Assembly: GCA_965287045.1 (NCBI GenBank)
Contig: OZ336875.1
Span: 37,386,001-37,450,000 of the forward strand
From: Carcharhinus amblyrhynchos
Lineage: Eukaryota
DNA length: 64,000 nt
Direction: 5' to 3'
Shown: piece by piece, positions 24,667 to 37,965 of the stretch
Layout: every line of letters begins with the position of its first letter
Numbering within the stretch: the first letter of the stretch is position 1
Position numbers and translations under genes: made by a program
Notes under the pieces: generated by a model
Databases searched by the model: none
What the model saw: the letters and a program-made list of their open reading frames with translations, nothing else
Told to the model about the DNA's origin: nothing

Positions 24667-26425
24667 TTAGAACAAAGAACAGTACAGCACAGGAACTGGC
24701 CCTTCCGCCCACCAAACCTGCACCGACACATGACGCCTTTTTAAACCAAAGACCTTTTATCCCTACCTGGTCCATATCCCTCTATTTCCTGCCTATTAAA
24801 TGCCTCTTAAATGTTGCTATTATATCTGCTTCTACCACTTCCTCCGGCAGTGCATTCCAGCACTTATCACCCTCTGCATGAAAAAACTTGCTTTTGACAT
24901 TTCCTTTAATTTTTCCTCTTTTACCTTAAACCTATGCCCCTAGTATTGACATTTCTACACTCGGAAATAGACTTTGACAACCAATTCTATCAATGCTTCT
25001 CATAATTTTGTAAATTTCTATCAGGTCACCCCTCAGCCTTCAATGTTTAAGTGAAAACAAACCAAGCCTGTCAAACCTCTCCTCATAGCTAATTCCCTCC
25101 AAACCAGGCAACATCCTGGTAAACCTTTTCTGTACCATCTCTAAAGCCTCCACATTCTTCAGGTAGTGTGGTGACTAGAATTATATGCAATATTCCAAAA
25201 GTGGCCCAAGTAAAGTTCCATGTAGCTACAACATGATTTGCCAATTTTTATACTCTTTGCCCCAACTAATGAAAGCAAGTTTGCTATATGCCTTCTTGAC
25301 CACCTTATCCACTTGTGTTGTCACTTTCAGGGAACTGTGGACCTGTGCGCCTAGATCCCTCTGTATGTTAATGCTTCTAAGAGTTTTACCATTTACTGCA
25401 TACTTCTCTCCCGCATTAGACCTTCCAAAGTGGATCACCTTGCATTGGGCTGGATTAAATTCCATCTGCCATTTCTCCACCCAGGTCTCCAGTCTATCTA
25501 TATCCTGTTGTCTCCATTGGCAATCCTCTTCACTATCCGCAACTCTCCCAATCTTTGTGTTCCACAAGCTTACTAATCAAAACATCTACATTTTCCTCCA
25601 AATTATTTCTGTATGTTACAAACAATAGAGGCTCCTGTGGAACACCACTGGTCACAGATTTTCAGTCAGAAAAACATCCTTCCATCACTTTCTTCTCTGA
25701 ATAGAGCAGTTCTGTATCCATCTTACCAGCTCATCGCATATCTCCCATGGCTGACCTTTTAGGTCAGTCTGCCTTGAGTGACCTTCTCAAAGGCCTTGCT
25801 AAAGATCATGTAGACAACATCCACTGCTCTGCCCTCATCAATCATCTTTGTCACTTTCTTAAAAACTCAATCAAGTTTGTGAGACATCACCTCCCCACAC
25901 AAAGCCATGCTCCCTATCACTAGTACGTCCATATTTTTCTAGATGTGAGAGTTTTTCCAATAATATTCCTGCCATTGACAGAAGGGTCATCGGCTTGTAA
26001 TTTCCTAGATTATCCCTGTTGCCTTTCTTAAACAAAGAAAGAAAATTGGCTATTCCCCAGTCCTATGGAACCTCACCTGTGCCCAAACAGGAAACAAAGA
26101 TTTCATACAAGGCTCCAGGAATTTCCTCCCTCGCATCCCTAGTATTCTGAGATAGATCCCATGAGTCCTGGGACTTTGTCTATTTTAATGCTTTAGGTAT
26201 TGCACCCAACACCACCACTTGTTCTATATCAACATACGCTCAAACATCAACATATCTCTCTCTAGACCTTCGACCATGCCCTTCTCCTTTGTGATTACCA
26301 AAGAAAAGTATTTGTTAAGAATCTCACCCACTTTCCCTGGCTCCACACATAAATTCCCTCCTTTATCCTTGAGTGGATCTACCCTTTCCCCAGTTACCTT
26401 CTTGCCCCTTATATACATATAAAAT
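24667..26425 (-). mobile_element. Degenerate CR1 inserted in Gypsy pol
   Basis: ORFs 25226..25567 (KWQMEFNP, HFG, QRDLG) and 26224..26418; agaacaaagaacag tail. Confidence 0.9.
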
Positions 26426-26986
26426 GCTTAAACAACTACATGAAGGACATCCTGGTGTAGGTCAGATGAAGGATTAGCATGTAGTTATTTTTGATGGTCA
26501 GGTTTGATGCTCAGATTGAAGAAAAATTGGGAGAGTGTCAATCCTGTGCAGGAAGAAGAAACACACCACCACTGTCTCCTTTACACTCCTAAGATTTAAC
26601 TAAGACGTCATGGCAACAAATACACATAAATTTTGCTGGTTCGTTTGAGGGTTACATGTCCTTTGTTTTAATTGATACACTCATAATGGCCATCGGTCGT
26701 TATGATGAGATCTATTATAGCTGAACAAACCATCCAAAAATTTAATAAAATTGTTGCAAGATTTGGTAAGCTAGAACAAATTGTTAGCAATAATGGTTCA
26801 CAGTTTACTTCACACAAGGTTGAGGATTATCTCAAAGTAAATGTATTCAGCATATAAAATCTGCACCATATCATCCATCAACGAATGAATTGGCTGAAAG
26901 ATTAGTACAATAATTGAAACATTCTTTAAAAGTTTCAAGACAGCAAGGTTCAGCATCACTTAGTGTGTATAGCTTTTTAGCTATAC

Positions 26987-28670
26987 ACTTTTCTTCAGTG
27001 TTCACTAAGGAGAGGGGCCATGTTTTTGAGGATGGGAGTGTGATACAGGCTGATAGGATGGAGGAGGTAGATGTTCTGAGGGAAGATGTATGAGCAATTT
27101 TGAAAAACCTGTGGGGCGATAAGTCCCCTGAGTCAGATGGAATACATCCTAGGATATTTTGGGAGGCAATGGATGAGGTTGCGGAGCCTTCAGCTTTGAT
27201 CTTTGGGTCCTCTCTATCCACGGGGATTGTGCCAGAGGACTGAAGAGTGGCGAATGTTGTTCCTCTCTTCAAGAAAGGAAATAGGAATGACCCTGGTAAT
27301 TATAGGCCAGTTAGTCTTACTTCGATGGTTGGTAAGTTAATGGAAAGGGTCCTGAGAGATAGGACTTACGCCCATTTGGAAAGATGCAGTTTAATCCAGG
27401 ATAGTCAGCACAGTTTTGTGAGGGAAAAATCCTGCCACACAAATTTGATTGAATTCTTTCAGGAGGTATCTAAGTGTGTAGATGAAGGTAGAGCAGTTGA
27501 TGTCGTATACATGGATTTTAGGAAGGTGTTTGATAAGGTTCCCCATGGTAGGCTCATGAAGAAAGTAAGGAGGTATGGGATAGAAGGAAATTTGGCCGTT
27601 TGGATAAGTAACTGGCTGTCTCATAGAAGACAGAGTGTGGTGGTGGAGGGAATATTTTCAGACTGGAGGCCAGTTACCAGCAGTGTGCCACAGGGATCAG
27701 TGTTGGGTCCCCTGTTATTTGTGATTTTTATCAATGACTTTGAAGAAAAGGCTGAAGGGTGGGTTAGTAAATTTGCTGATGACACCACGATTGGTGGAGT
27801 AGTGGATGAGGTGGAGGGCTCTTGCAGGCTGCAAAGAGACATTGATAGGATGCAGAGCTGGGCAGAAAAGTGGCAGATGGAGTTTAACCCTGATAAGTAC
27901 AACGTAATTCATTTTGGGAGGACAAACTTGAATGCGGATTGCAGGTTCAATGACAGGGTTCTGAGGAATGTGGAGGAACAGAGAGATCTTGGGGTTCATA
28001 TCCACAGATTTCTGAAGGTTGCCACTCAAGTGGATAGAGCCGGGAAGAAAGCTTATAGTGTGTCAGCGTTTATTAACAAGGGGTTTGAGTTTAAAAGCCG
28101 TGGGGTTATGCTGCAATTATACTGGACCTTGGTGAGACCACATCTGGAACATTGTGTGCGGTTCTGGTCAACTCACTATAAGAAGGATGTGGAAGCATTG
28201 AAGGAAGTGCAGAGGAGATTTACCGGGATGCTGCCTGGTTTGGAGGATAAGTCTTATGAGGAAAGGTTGAGGGAGCTGGGGCTTTTCTCTTTAGAGTGGA
28301 GGAGGATGAGAGGTCACTTTATAGAGATTTATAAGATAATGAAGGGGATAGACAGAATGGACGTGCAGAGGCTATTTCCTCGGGTGGATGTAGCTGTTAC
28401 TAGGGGGCATAACTATAAGGTTCATGGTGGGAGATATAGGAGGGATGTCCGAGGTAGATTCTTTACTCAGAGAGTGGTTGGAATGTGGAAGGGACTGCCT
28501 GCTGTGATAGTGGAGTCGGACATTTTAGGAACTTTCAAGCGATTATTGGATAGGCACATGGAGCACTCCAGAATGTTAGGGAATGGGATAGCTTGATCTT
28601 CAGTTTGGACATAGTTTGGTGCAACATCGAGGGCCAAAGGGCCTGTACTGTGCTGTACTGTTCTATGTTC
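26987..28670 (+). mobile_element. CR1 LINE inserted in Gypsy integrase, RT ORF 27247..28596
   Basis: 449 aa RT with QGSVLGP and FADD; tail gttctatgttc; integrase sequence resumes right after it. Confidence 0.95.
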
Positions 28671-29096
28671 CATAAAAAAACTACTCATGCAACTGCCCAA
28701 AGTTCACTTGCATTAGTACTCTTAAAGAGAACATTGAGAACTACTTTTGATTTGTTTTTACCTCAAGAAACTTCAGAAATAGTAGAACGTCAACAAATGT
28801 CTCAGGTTGCCAGACGAGAAGTAAAGGAAAACAATGCTCATTTCAACAAGGAGATTGAGTGTTAGCATGTAATTATGCCACAAGTGAGAAATGGATATCA
28901 GCCATATTTTAACAAAAACAGATCGAATTTCTTACATGGTTCAAACCAAAGATGAATTAGTTTATGACATATTGCTGACCAGTTGTTATCACCTCAAAAT
29001 GATTTCTCCGAATCATCTCTAGAAGTATCAACTTCTTTAGTTCCTAGTGTTGTGAATACCACTATGGAAGACTTAGTTGAATATGAATTGCCTGAT

Positions 29097-29416
29097 GGGT
29101 GGGACAAGACACAGTGATTAGCACTGCCACCTCACAGCACCAGGGACTTGGGTTCAATTCTGGCCTCGGGTCACTATCTGTGCGGAGTTTGCACATTCTC
29201 CCCGTGTCTGTATAGGTTTCCTCCCAGTGCTCCGGTTTCCTCCCACATGTCAAAGATGTGCAGGTTAGGCTGAATTGGCCATGCTAGATTGCCCCTTAGT
29301 GTCAGGGGTATTAGCAGGTTAAATATGTGGGGTACAGGGATAGGGCCTGGGTGGGATTGTGGTCAATGCAGACTTAATGGGCCGAATGGCCTCCTGCACT
29401 ATGGTGATTCTATGAT
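29097..29416 (+). mobile_element. HE1-like SINE inserted in Gypsy 3' region
   Basis: acagtgattagcactgcc, gggttcaattc, gagtttgcacattctcccc, tail gattctatga. Confidence 0.88.
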
Positions 29417-29669
29417 GATTGTGTCTATGCCACTATACCAAGTGAGAATGACACAGAATTAGTTCCAAGAGAAGTGTCTACTTATGTTCCAAATCACACT
29501 TCAGGGGTCAAGAACAACCACATTCCAGAATGTCATATATAACCAAAGAGGAATAGATGTCTTCCTACTTGCCTTTCTTATTAACCATGTTTAATGATAC
29601 TATGTCTACAGTCTTTGTATAACATTGTAGTAGTTTGTTGTCATGACTACATAAGTAAAGAGGGAGGGA

Positions 29670-29889
29670 TGTTATATTTAAAAAAAAATTGCAGGGTGCT
29701 TTAAGAGCTGATCACCTGACTTGATGGTGATGTAATTTGGCTTTGTACTTAGGCTGCTGTTTTACTTTAAATTTTGTATTCTGCAGTTCTTCAATAAATC
29801 TTGTTATGGGTTTGATGAATCAACACGTGCAAATCATGTCCTTTCTTTCTGTTAAAACCCACAACCCCTAATGTAGTTAGGACATTACA
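29670..29889 (+). repeat. Gypsy 3' LTR preceded by polypurine tract
   Basis: PPT AAAGAGGGAGGGA 29657-29669, then TGTTAT...ATTACA termini; AATAAA at 29793-29798. Confidence 0.7.
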
Positions 29890-30735
29890 CAAGTCATTGA
29901 AACAGATTGTGAATAGTTGAGGCCTAAGCGCTGATCCCTGTGGCACTCCATTGGTTATAGCTTGCCAACCCAAAAAAGACCCATTTATTCCTACTCTCTG
30001 CTTCTTGTTAGTGAATCACTCCATTGTTCATATGTAACCCCCATACCATGTGCTCTTATCTTGTGTAGTAACCTTTGATGTGGCACCTTATCAAATGCCT
30101 TTTGGAAATCTAAGTATACCACATCCACAGGTTCCGCTTTATCCATCTTGCTTGTTACTTTCTCAAATAAATTTAATAAATGAAACCCAAATTCTCTTTC
30201 ACAAAACCATGGTGACACTGCCTGATCCAGGGAATATCCTGCTATAGCCTCATTAATATTGAATTGTAGCATTTTCTTGATGATAGAATTTAGGCCAACT
30301 GATTTATAGTTTCCTCCGATCTGTCTCCCTGTTTTCTTGAATAAAGCTGATACATTTATTATTTTCCAATCTGCTGGGCCTCTTCCAGAATTTAAGAAAT
30401 TTTGGAGGATTATAACCAATGCCTCTGCTATCTTTGCAACTATTTCTTTGAAGATTCTAGGATGCAAGCCATCTGGTCAGCCTTTAGCTCTAATAATTGT
30501 CTCACCTTTTTAGTTTGATGATGTGGATTGTTTTAACTTCTTTCCTCCCTTTGAATTCATGATTTTTAAGTATCTTTGGGAACTTTTCTAAGCCTTCTAC
30601 ATGAAAACAGAAATAAAATACCTATTCAACATCACTGCCAATACTTTGTTTTCCATTATCAATTTCCCAGACTTGCTCTCCAGAGACTCACTTTAGTTAC
30701 TCTTTTCCTATTTAAGTATTTATAGAAATTCTTAG
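29890..30735 (-). mobile_element. Old CR1 RT fragment
   Basis: ORFs 29991..30467 (VYLDFQKAFDKVPH) and 29791..29973 (GVPQGSAL). Confidence 0.88.
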
Positions 30736-32480
30736 GACAGAATCTTATGCCGCTTCCAAAAGCAAAGTGGGCAAGGGAACTTAATTGAGCAAGAGCCAAA
30801 ATTCAGCTCCCTGACAGTGGGAAGAAATTTTGCAATTAAGTTCAGCCTTGTTTGAAGGTGTGTCAAACTTCCCAACTGCAAGCAAGAGATGTATTTGCAT
30901 GCAACTGCAAGTCGTGCATGTTCATTAAAAGGCCAGCTCACCAGAATTGTTACCCTTCCCAAAATAGCCATCAGTAAATGAGTAATAAGCATCTTCAGAT
31001 TTACAACTGCCTTAAATGGACTTGAGGAGGACAACCTGTTGGAGTTAAAGTAAGTAGCCACTGTTTATTTTCTTCTTTAGAGTGAGTTGTTTAACTAAAA
31101 AACGATTGGTTGATGGCACTCTAAGGGGCATGGGTAGAGATGCTGGCCAAGGGACTGAAGGAGTTCAGGACAGGGATGGAGCCGAGGAGGGAAGGTGATG
31201 ATTCAAGGACTTGGGGAGGATGGAGGGGCCTTGCTTGTTGGGTGTGTGGGTCCTCTGAATGGGGAGTGGATGTGGAAGAGAGGTGGATCTCAAAAGGCAG
31301 GATTGGTTTTGTCTCTCGTGAGATGCTGGGGGTTGAAGTGAGAATACAGGGCTGCAAAGGGAACATGAGGAGGGAGTGGAGTGCAGTAGGGTGGCAGGTC
31401 CAGGGTCATGCCCAGGTTAATGGTTTTATGAGCATGTCACGGAAACAGGTAAAACATGCGGGAGGGGTCAGGGTGGAAATAGGATGGTTCCAGAGTAACA
31501 GAGGAGATAAAAATAGTTACATTAGATGGATCAGGATGAAGGACAGGAAGTTGGTGGGTGATGTGAGAATAGAAAGTAGTGGAGTGTGTTTGGAAAGTTA
31601 TGTGCACCATTTTTTCAAGGCTCTTCTTCACATCATAGTTGGTCTGTATGTGTGAGCACAACCGGATGACTAAAGGGACATCTTAATAATCATGAGTCAA
31701 TTCCTAAAGAACTATATTCCGGTGTGTTTCCCTCTTTCTAGTAAAGCCCGAATGGTAGCAAATTTGCTCCCTGACTCGTAGGTCTCCGAACATCGAAATG
31801 CCAGCAAGGTTGTGAACTGCAGTAAAGCCTGCTCTGAAGGGCAACTCAAGTTGACCAAGGCAAGAGAGGAAGGATGTAGGAAGAAAGGCATAGGTTAGCT
31901 CCCTGGAGCCTTGGGGTACAGATTTCAAACCTAGACAGTCCCCAGTAGATGGTCATGGTTGGTAATGGAGTGGTAGGACATCTACAATGATAGGAAATGA
32001 TCTCTAAATGTGTCTCAATGTGATGTAGAGAAGCTGAAAGGTTTTTGTGTAAGGGTATGCAAACATGGTTTTCATTATCCTGGTCAATGCTGTAATTCCA
32101 TGCACAAAAATGTGTGAATGAGAGGAGATCCCCTCTGTGCTCCTCCTTGATGAGCTTCACCATGTTGGGGTGGGATCAGGCCAAGGGTAGGTAGAATAAT
32201 TCCCTTTGGCTGAAACGCTCAGGGCCAGAGGGACTGCTTCAAAGAATATACTGATTAGATGGATCACTGACATTTGTTTACAGATCACCTCAAGCATTCA
32301 TGATGCTTGAATAATGGGCAATAATGCACTTCTACATGATATGTGGCAGCTGAGGGGATGGCAGGAACATCCGTATCCTGCTCTCCCACTGCACAATTCA
32401 CTGTGCTCCTTGGTGAATGCACATCTAATGAGCCAATCAGCGTAAGATTGAATACTGGCCAATATTCTATCAGACTCCTG
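30736..32480. mobile_element. Probable degenerate PIF/Harbinger-type element inserted in old CR1
   Basis: Separates two collinear CR1 pieces; starts GGACAGAATCTT, resembling shark Harbinger/MITE termini; no intact ORF. Confidence 0.35.
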
Positions 32481-33340
32481 TTCCTGCCTCCCAACTGTAG
32501 CCCAGAATGTCTATTTTTGCTTTCTTTGATACTCTGCTTTCTCCCTCTTTTTTCTAAACCCTTTTTTTGCTGGTTCTTAAAATCTGACCAATCTTCTGAC
32601 CTACCAATTTACAGATTTGTACAGTGTTTCTTTCAATTTGATGCTATCCTTAACTTTCTTATTTAGCTACCAATAACGCATCCTTTCAAACAGTGTCTCT
32701 TTCTCACTGAGATAAATCTTTGAGAGTTATAAAATATCTCATTAAAAGTCTGCCATTGCATTTTTTTACCTAGTTTTCCTATTCAGCTAGATCTGCCTTC
32801 ATACCGTTATAATTATCTTTTTTAGGTTTAAACCTAGTTTCAGACTTACATTTCTCCCCTTCAAAGCAAACATGAAATTATATCATGTTATGATCACTGT
32901 CACTTAATCTGCTTTACCAAGAAGTCACTGATTAATCCTGTCTAATTTCACACTACCAAGTCTAGAACAGCCTGCTTCTGGTTGACTCCAGAATGTATTA
33001 CACTAATAAATTGTCTTAAATACACTCTATGAACTTTGCCAACCTAATTCAACCAAACCATGTACAGATTAGTCATGATTATTGCAGCAACTTTCACGCA
33101 TGCCCAATTTTATTTCTTTCGGTACGCTCTGCCTTACAGTGCAATTTACGGGACCAATAAATTAATTCCCCTGAGTGACCTCTTATCTTTCCTATTTTTA
33201 ATCTATATCCAAACTGATTCTACATCTTGCTCTTTCGATTTTAGGTAAATCTCTTACTACTGTACTACTGACATCTTTAATTATCAGAGCTACCCCACCA
33301 CGTTCAAAAAGATAGAACACACTTCTAGTGTCAGCACACT
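32480..33340 (-). mobile_element. Old CR1 endonuclease/linker fragment (continuation of 29890-30735)
   Basis: RGGVALIIKD in ORF 33198..33446 and other decayed APE segments. Confidence 0.65.
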
Positions 33341-33449
33341 TTAGGTTTGTATACTCTGTCCCTTCCTGCCACATTTTGGTTATTATTGCCCAAAATGCTA
33401 CCTGCTTTATTACTATGCTGTTTCCTTTTATTTCCTGCATCTCCACTTA

Positions 33450-34350
33450 CATGATTTCTTTCCTCCCACTCACAACAGAGATCTTGAGATACTTGAGCAC
33501 AAAATCCAGCTGTCACTACAGGGTAAATTGACAAAGTACTATTGTATGGCAGATTCTCCAGCAAGACATTAAACTGAGGCCCCTCAGGTGGGTGCAAATG
33601 CTTCCATTTCAAGAACACTGCTCAGCTGGAGATTTATCCCTGGCATCCTGGCTAACATTTACCCCTCATCAACATTAGATCAAATTGTATATAAGATTAT
33701 CTCTTCACTGTCACAGTGCAATTCTGGGTGCTTTATTTGTACAAATGGTTGTGTTTTCTACATTGTGTGGAGATGCCAGCGTTGGGCTGGGGGTAAACAC
33801 AGTAAGAAGTTTCACAGCTTAAAGTCCAACAGGTTTATTTGGTAGCACAAGCCACAAGCTTTTGTAGCACTGCCCTTTCATCAGGTGAGTGGGAGTTGTA
33901 TTCACAAACATATATAGATACAAACTCAATTTACAAGGTAATGGTTGGAATGCGAGTCTTTACAGTAATCAAATCTTAAAGGTACAGACAATGTGAGTGG
34001 AGAGAGGGTTAAGCACAGGTTTAGGAGATGAGTATTGTCTCCAGCCAGGACAGTTAGTGAGATTTTGCAAGCCCAGGCAAGTCGTGGGGGTTACGGATAT
34101 GAACCCAAGATCCCAGTCAAGGCTATCCTCATGTGTACGCAACTTGGCTATCAGTTTCTGCTCAGCAATCTGCATGGTCGTGTGTGGCTTGTGCTACTAA
34201 ATAAACCTGTTGGACTTTAACCAGGTGTTGTGAGGCTTCTTACTGTGCTTTCCTACATTGTAACAGTAACTGCACTTTAAAAGCTATTTCATTTGCTGTA
34301 AAATGATTTGGAATATCCTGATGCTGAGAATTTGTACACATACAGTCTTT
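33450..34350 (+). mobile_element. Deu-domain SINE interrupted by a PLE
   Basis: ccctcaggtgggtgcaaatg...attatctcttcactgtcaca...tttctacattgt, resuming aacagtaactgcactttaaaagctatttcatttgctgtaaa after 34261. Confidence 0.65.
33767..34248 (-). mobile_element. Penelope-like element 3' end (GIY-YIG C-terminal remnant and pLTR) with inverted terminal segment
   Basis: IAEQKLIAKLRTHEDSLDWDLGF (ORF 33969..34175); TSD CTACATTGT 33758-33766/34253-34261; 34183-34247 is an inverted copy of 33798-33856; decayed hammerhead CTGATGA at 33884-33878. Confidence 0.85.
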
Positions 34351-34357
34351 GTTGTTT

Positions 34358-35250
34358 TAAGATATGGGATCACAGAACTGTTACAGCATAGAAGACATGT
34401 GCCCAATCTGTCTGTGCTGGCTCTCTGAAGGTGCAATTCACCTAGTGCCACACCCCTTCTTCCCGTAGCCCTGCACATTCTTGCTTTTCAGATAATAATC
34501 CAATTCCCTCTTCAATGCTTCGACTGAATCAGGCTCCACCACAGTCTCAGGCAATGCATTCCAGATCCTAACCATTCTGTGTGACAAGGTTTTCCCTTTT
34601 GACACCTTTGCTTGTTTTGCCAGTTATCTCAAATCTGTGCCTTTTAGTTCTCAATCCTTCCACAACTGGGAACAATTTCTCACCATCTACTCTGTCCATA
34701 TACCTTCATAATTTTGAATACCTCCATCAAATCTCCTCTCAACCTTCTCTTCTCCCAGAAAAACAATGCAACTTCTCCTGTCTTTATAGCTGAAGTTCCT
34801 TATCCTTGGAAGCATTCCCATGAATCTTTGTTGTACCCTCTCTAATACCTCACATTCTTCCTAAAGTGTGGTGTCCCAATGGGACACAATACTTCTGCTG
34901 AGGTTGAACCAGCATTTTATACAGATTTAACACTGACTTACTTGCTCCTGCACTCTATGCACCAACTGATAAAGCCCAGGATGCCATGTGTCTTACCTTC
35001 ACCTTTCAACCTGCTATTTTTAATAATTTATGCACATACACACCCAAATCGCTCTGCTCCCACACCTCCTTTAGAATTGTATGCTGTATTTTGTATCACC
35101 TCTTTGCACTCTTCTGACCAAAATGAATCACTTCACAATTCAAAGTATTACATTTCCTCTGACACTTGTCTGTTCATTGCACAAATCTGTTTATTTCCTT
35201 TTGAAGGAAATTATCATCCTCATGGTTCGAAGTTTTGTATCATCCTCAAA
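34358..35250 (-). mobile_element. Old degenerate CR1 3' fragment
   Basis: Decayed RT C-terminus and 3' UTR (cacagaactgttacagcatagaagac). Confidence 0.7.
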
Positions 35251-35524
35251 ACTATTTCATTAGTTTTGAGAAAAGAAAGAAAATATTCCAAATGTGATAC
35301 AGACTATTTACAGAGATATATTTCTCTGCATTGTACCATTCAACAAAGGAGATTTGTCGTTAAATTGGGAAGAGGAGGAAGCTCTGTTCATGTTAATTAA
35401 AATAGAAACAAGATAAATATAACAGTTGCATATATTCTATTATTACAACGCCCCATGCCCAAACTATATTTTAAAATTCCATTTGTATGCAAAATAAAAT
35501 CATCCTTTATTGTGAAGTTTCTTC

Positions 35525-37169
35525 AAATGACATTATTGTTACTAGAGAGGCGGTGCTGGACAGACTGGAGGGACTGATTGTGGACAAGTCCCCAGGACCG
35601 GATGGAATGCATCCGAGGGTTCTGAAAGAAATGGCAGAGGCGATAGTGGATGCCTTGGTGGTTATTTTCCAAACGTCGCTGGATTCTGGGGAAGTGCCAG
35701 AAAATTGGAAAACAGCTAATGTTACGCCGTTGTTTAAGAAGGGTGCCAGGCAAAAGGCGGGGAATTATAGGCCTGTTAGTTTAACGTCTGTTGTAGGTAA
35801 AATGTTAGAATCCGCCATCAAGGAGGAAACAGCTAGGCATCTTGAGGGGAATTGCTTGATAGAGCAGACGCAGCACGGTTTCGTTAAGGGGAAGTCGTGT
35901 CTGACAAATTTACTGGAGTTCTATGAGGATGTGTCTAGGGCGGTGGATAGAGGAGAGCCGGTGGATGTGGTCTATCTTGATTTTCAGAAGGCGTTTGACA
36001 AGGTACTTCACAAGAGGTTATTGCAGAAGGTCAGGGGACATGGAGTTGGGGGTAGGGTGTTAGCATGGATAGAGGATTGGTTGTCAAATAGGAGGCAGAG
36101 AGTGGGGGTCAATGAGTGCTATTCGGATTGGCGGTTGGTGACTAGTGGAGTGCCCCAGGGGTCGGTGCTGGGGCCTCAGCTATTAACCATTTATATAGAT
36201 GATCTGGAGGAGGGAACCGAGTGTATGGTGTCGAAATTTGCTGATGACACCAAGGTTGGTGGAACGGCAAATTGCGCGGAGGGTGTGGAGAGTCTACAGA
36301 AGGATCTAGATAGGCTGGGCAAATGGGCCAGGAACTGGCAAATGGAATTTAATGTTGGCAAGTGCGAGGTGGTCCACTTTGGTAGGAATAATGGTAGGAA
36401 GGATTATTACTTACGTGGTGAAAAACTGCAGCAGGCGGCGGTGCAGAGGGACCTCGGGGTCCTTGTGCATGAGTCGCAAAAACCCAGCTTGCAGGTGCAG
36501 CAGGTGACCAGGAAGGCTAATGGGATGCTGGCCTTCATAGCGAGGGGGATTGAATATAAAAGTAGGGAGGTCTTGCTGCGGCTGTATAGGGCATTGGTGA
36601 GGCCGCAGCTGGAGTACTGTGTGCAGTTTTGGGCGCCGTACTTACGCAAGGATATTTTGGCCTTGGAGGGAGTGCAGAGGAGGTTTACTAGGCTGATGCC
36701 GGAGTTGAGGGGGTTGAGCTATGTGGAGAGGCTGAATAAACTAGGCTTGTACTCGTTAGAGTTTAGAAGAATGAGGGGAGATCTCATTGAGACATATAAG
36801 ATGATGAATGGGATGGATAGGATAGAGGTGGAGAGACTCTTCCCGCTCAGAAAGGACAGTAGGACTAGGGGGCACAGCCTCAAGATAAAGGGGGGGCAGT
36901 TTAGAACGGAGTTGAGGAAGAACTTCTTCACTCAAAGGGTGGTGAATCTCTGGAATTCTCTGCCCGTTGAAGTGGTGGAGGCTACCTCGCTAAATATTTT
37001 TAAGACGCGGGTTGATGGGTTTTTGATAAGAGAGGGGATTAAGGGTTATGGGGAGAGGGCGGGAATGTGGAACTGAGCCACGACAGATCAGCCATGATCT
37101 TATTGAATGGCGGGGCAGGCTCGAAGGGCTGGATAGCCTACTCCTGCTCCTATTTCTTATGTTCTTATG
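35525..37169 (+). mobile_element. Young CR1/HER1 LINE, 5'-truncated, uninterrupted RT ORF
   Basis: ORF 35487..37076 with all RT motifs (KSPGPDG, NYRPVSLTS, QGSVLGP, FADD); tail tcttatgttcttatg. Confidence 0.96.
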
Positions 37170-37374
37170 ATTGTCCATATGATGTAACAGGAACAAACAT
37201 TAATAAATAATGGACCCCTTATTCTTGAAAATGGTAATATATGTAAATAATTGAAATGTCCTTTGCAAATTTGTGAACTACTAAAAAAAACTTATACATT
37301 CATGTGTTTAAATTCAATTTCAGCACTTTTTAAGAAATCAATTAATTTGTAGACTGCCATGCAAGCTGTTGGAA

Positions 37375-37375
<1 letters not shown>

Positions 37376-37400
<25 letters not shown>
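37376..37400. repeat. (GT)12 microsatellite
   Basis: Read directly from sequence. Confidence 0.95.
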
Positions 37401-37405
<5 letters not shown>

Positions 37406-37469
37406 TGGAGTGAGGGTGGTGTAATGATTAAACGAAAGCAGAGGAGGACAGGGTTGTGAATAGTTAGGG

Positions 37470-37965
37470 TACAAGTACATGCAGAGTAACTGTGTTGTGA
37501 GAGAGAAAAGACTTTAGAGAAGTGATGAGAGGTTTCAGATAGGTGGCTACATTGGACAGCTTGGGGTTGTTCTCAGAGAACAAAAAGCTGACAGAAAATT
37601 TAATAGAGTTATTCAAAAACATCAAGGGTTTTGACAGAGTAGATAAAGAAAAACTAGATAAAGAGTTAGCAACTAGAGGACACAAATGTAAGATAATTGG
37701 CAAAAATCCAGTTTTGCCATGAGGAAAAACTTATTTATGCAACAAATGGGTCACAATCTGGAATGACTATCTGAAAGGGTGATGGAAGCAGATTGAATCA
37801 TGACTTTCAAAAGAGAACTGAACAAGCATCTGAATGGAAACATATTGTACAACACAGCAAAAAGGCAGGTGATTGGGACTAGCTAAATTGCTCTTGCAGA
37901 CAGCGAGCAAGAACTTGATGAACCAAATGACCTCCTCTTGCGTTGTAAGGATTCTATGATTCTAT
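37470..37965 (+). mobile_element. Old CR1 3' fragment
   Basis: Decayed LGLFS/TRGH segments; tail ggattctatgattctat. Confidence 0.75.

Larger units (their letters stand above)
24385..29669 (+). mobile_element. Ty3/Gypsy LTR retrotransposon pol relic (integrase), split by two CR1s and one SINE
   Basis: Joined translation of 24450-24666, 26426-26986 and 28671-29000: LPVTAS...ELTVHGGYLL...IILPSLRGR / LKQLHEGHPG...CQSC...WQQIHINFAG...RFG.LEQIVSNNGSQFTS...SAPYHPSTNELAERLVQ / KKTTHATAQSSLA...LRTTFDL; HHCC zinc finger and rve core with stops and frameshifts. Confidence 0.88.

Noticed and set aside
35487-35524. In-frame ATG leader making the CR1 ORF look like a complete 529-aa gene
   Set aside because: The first ~13 codons are flanking DNA fused by chance to a 5'-truncated CR1 that lacks the endonuclease.
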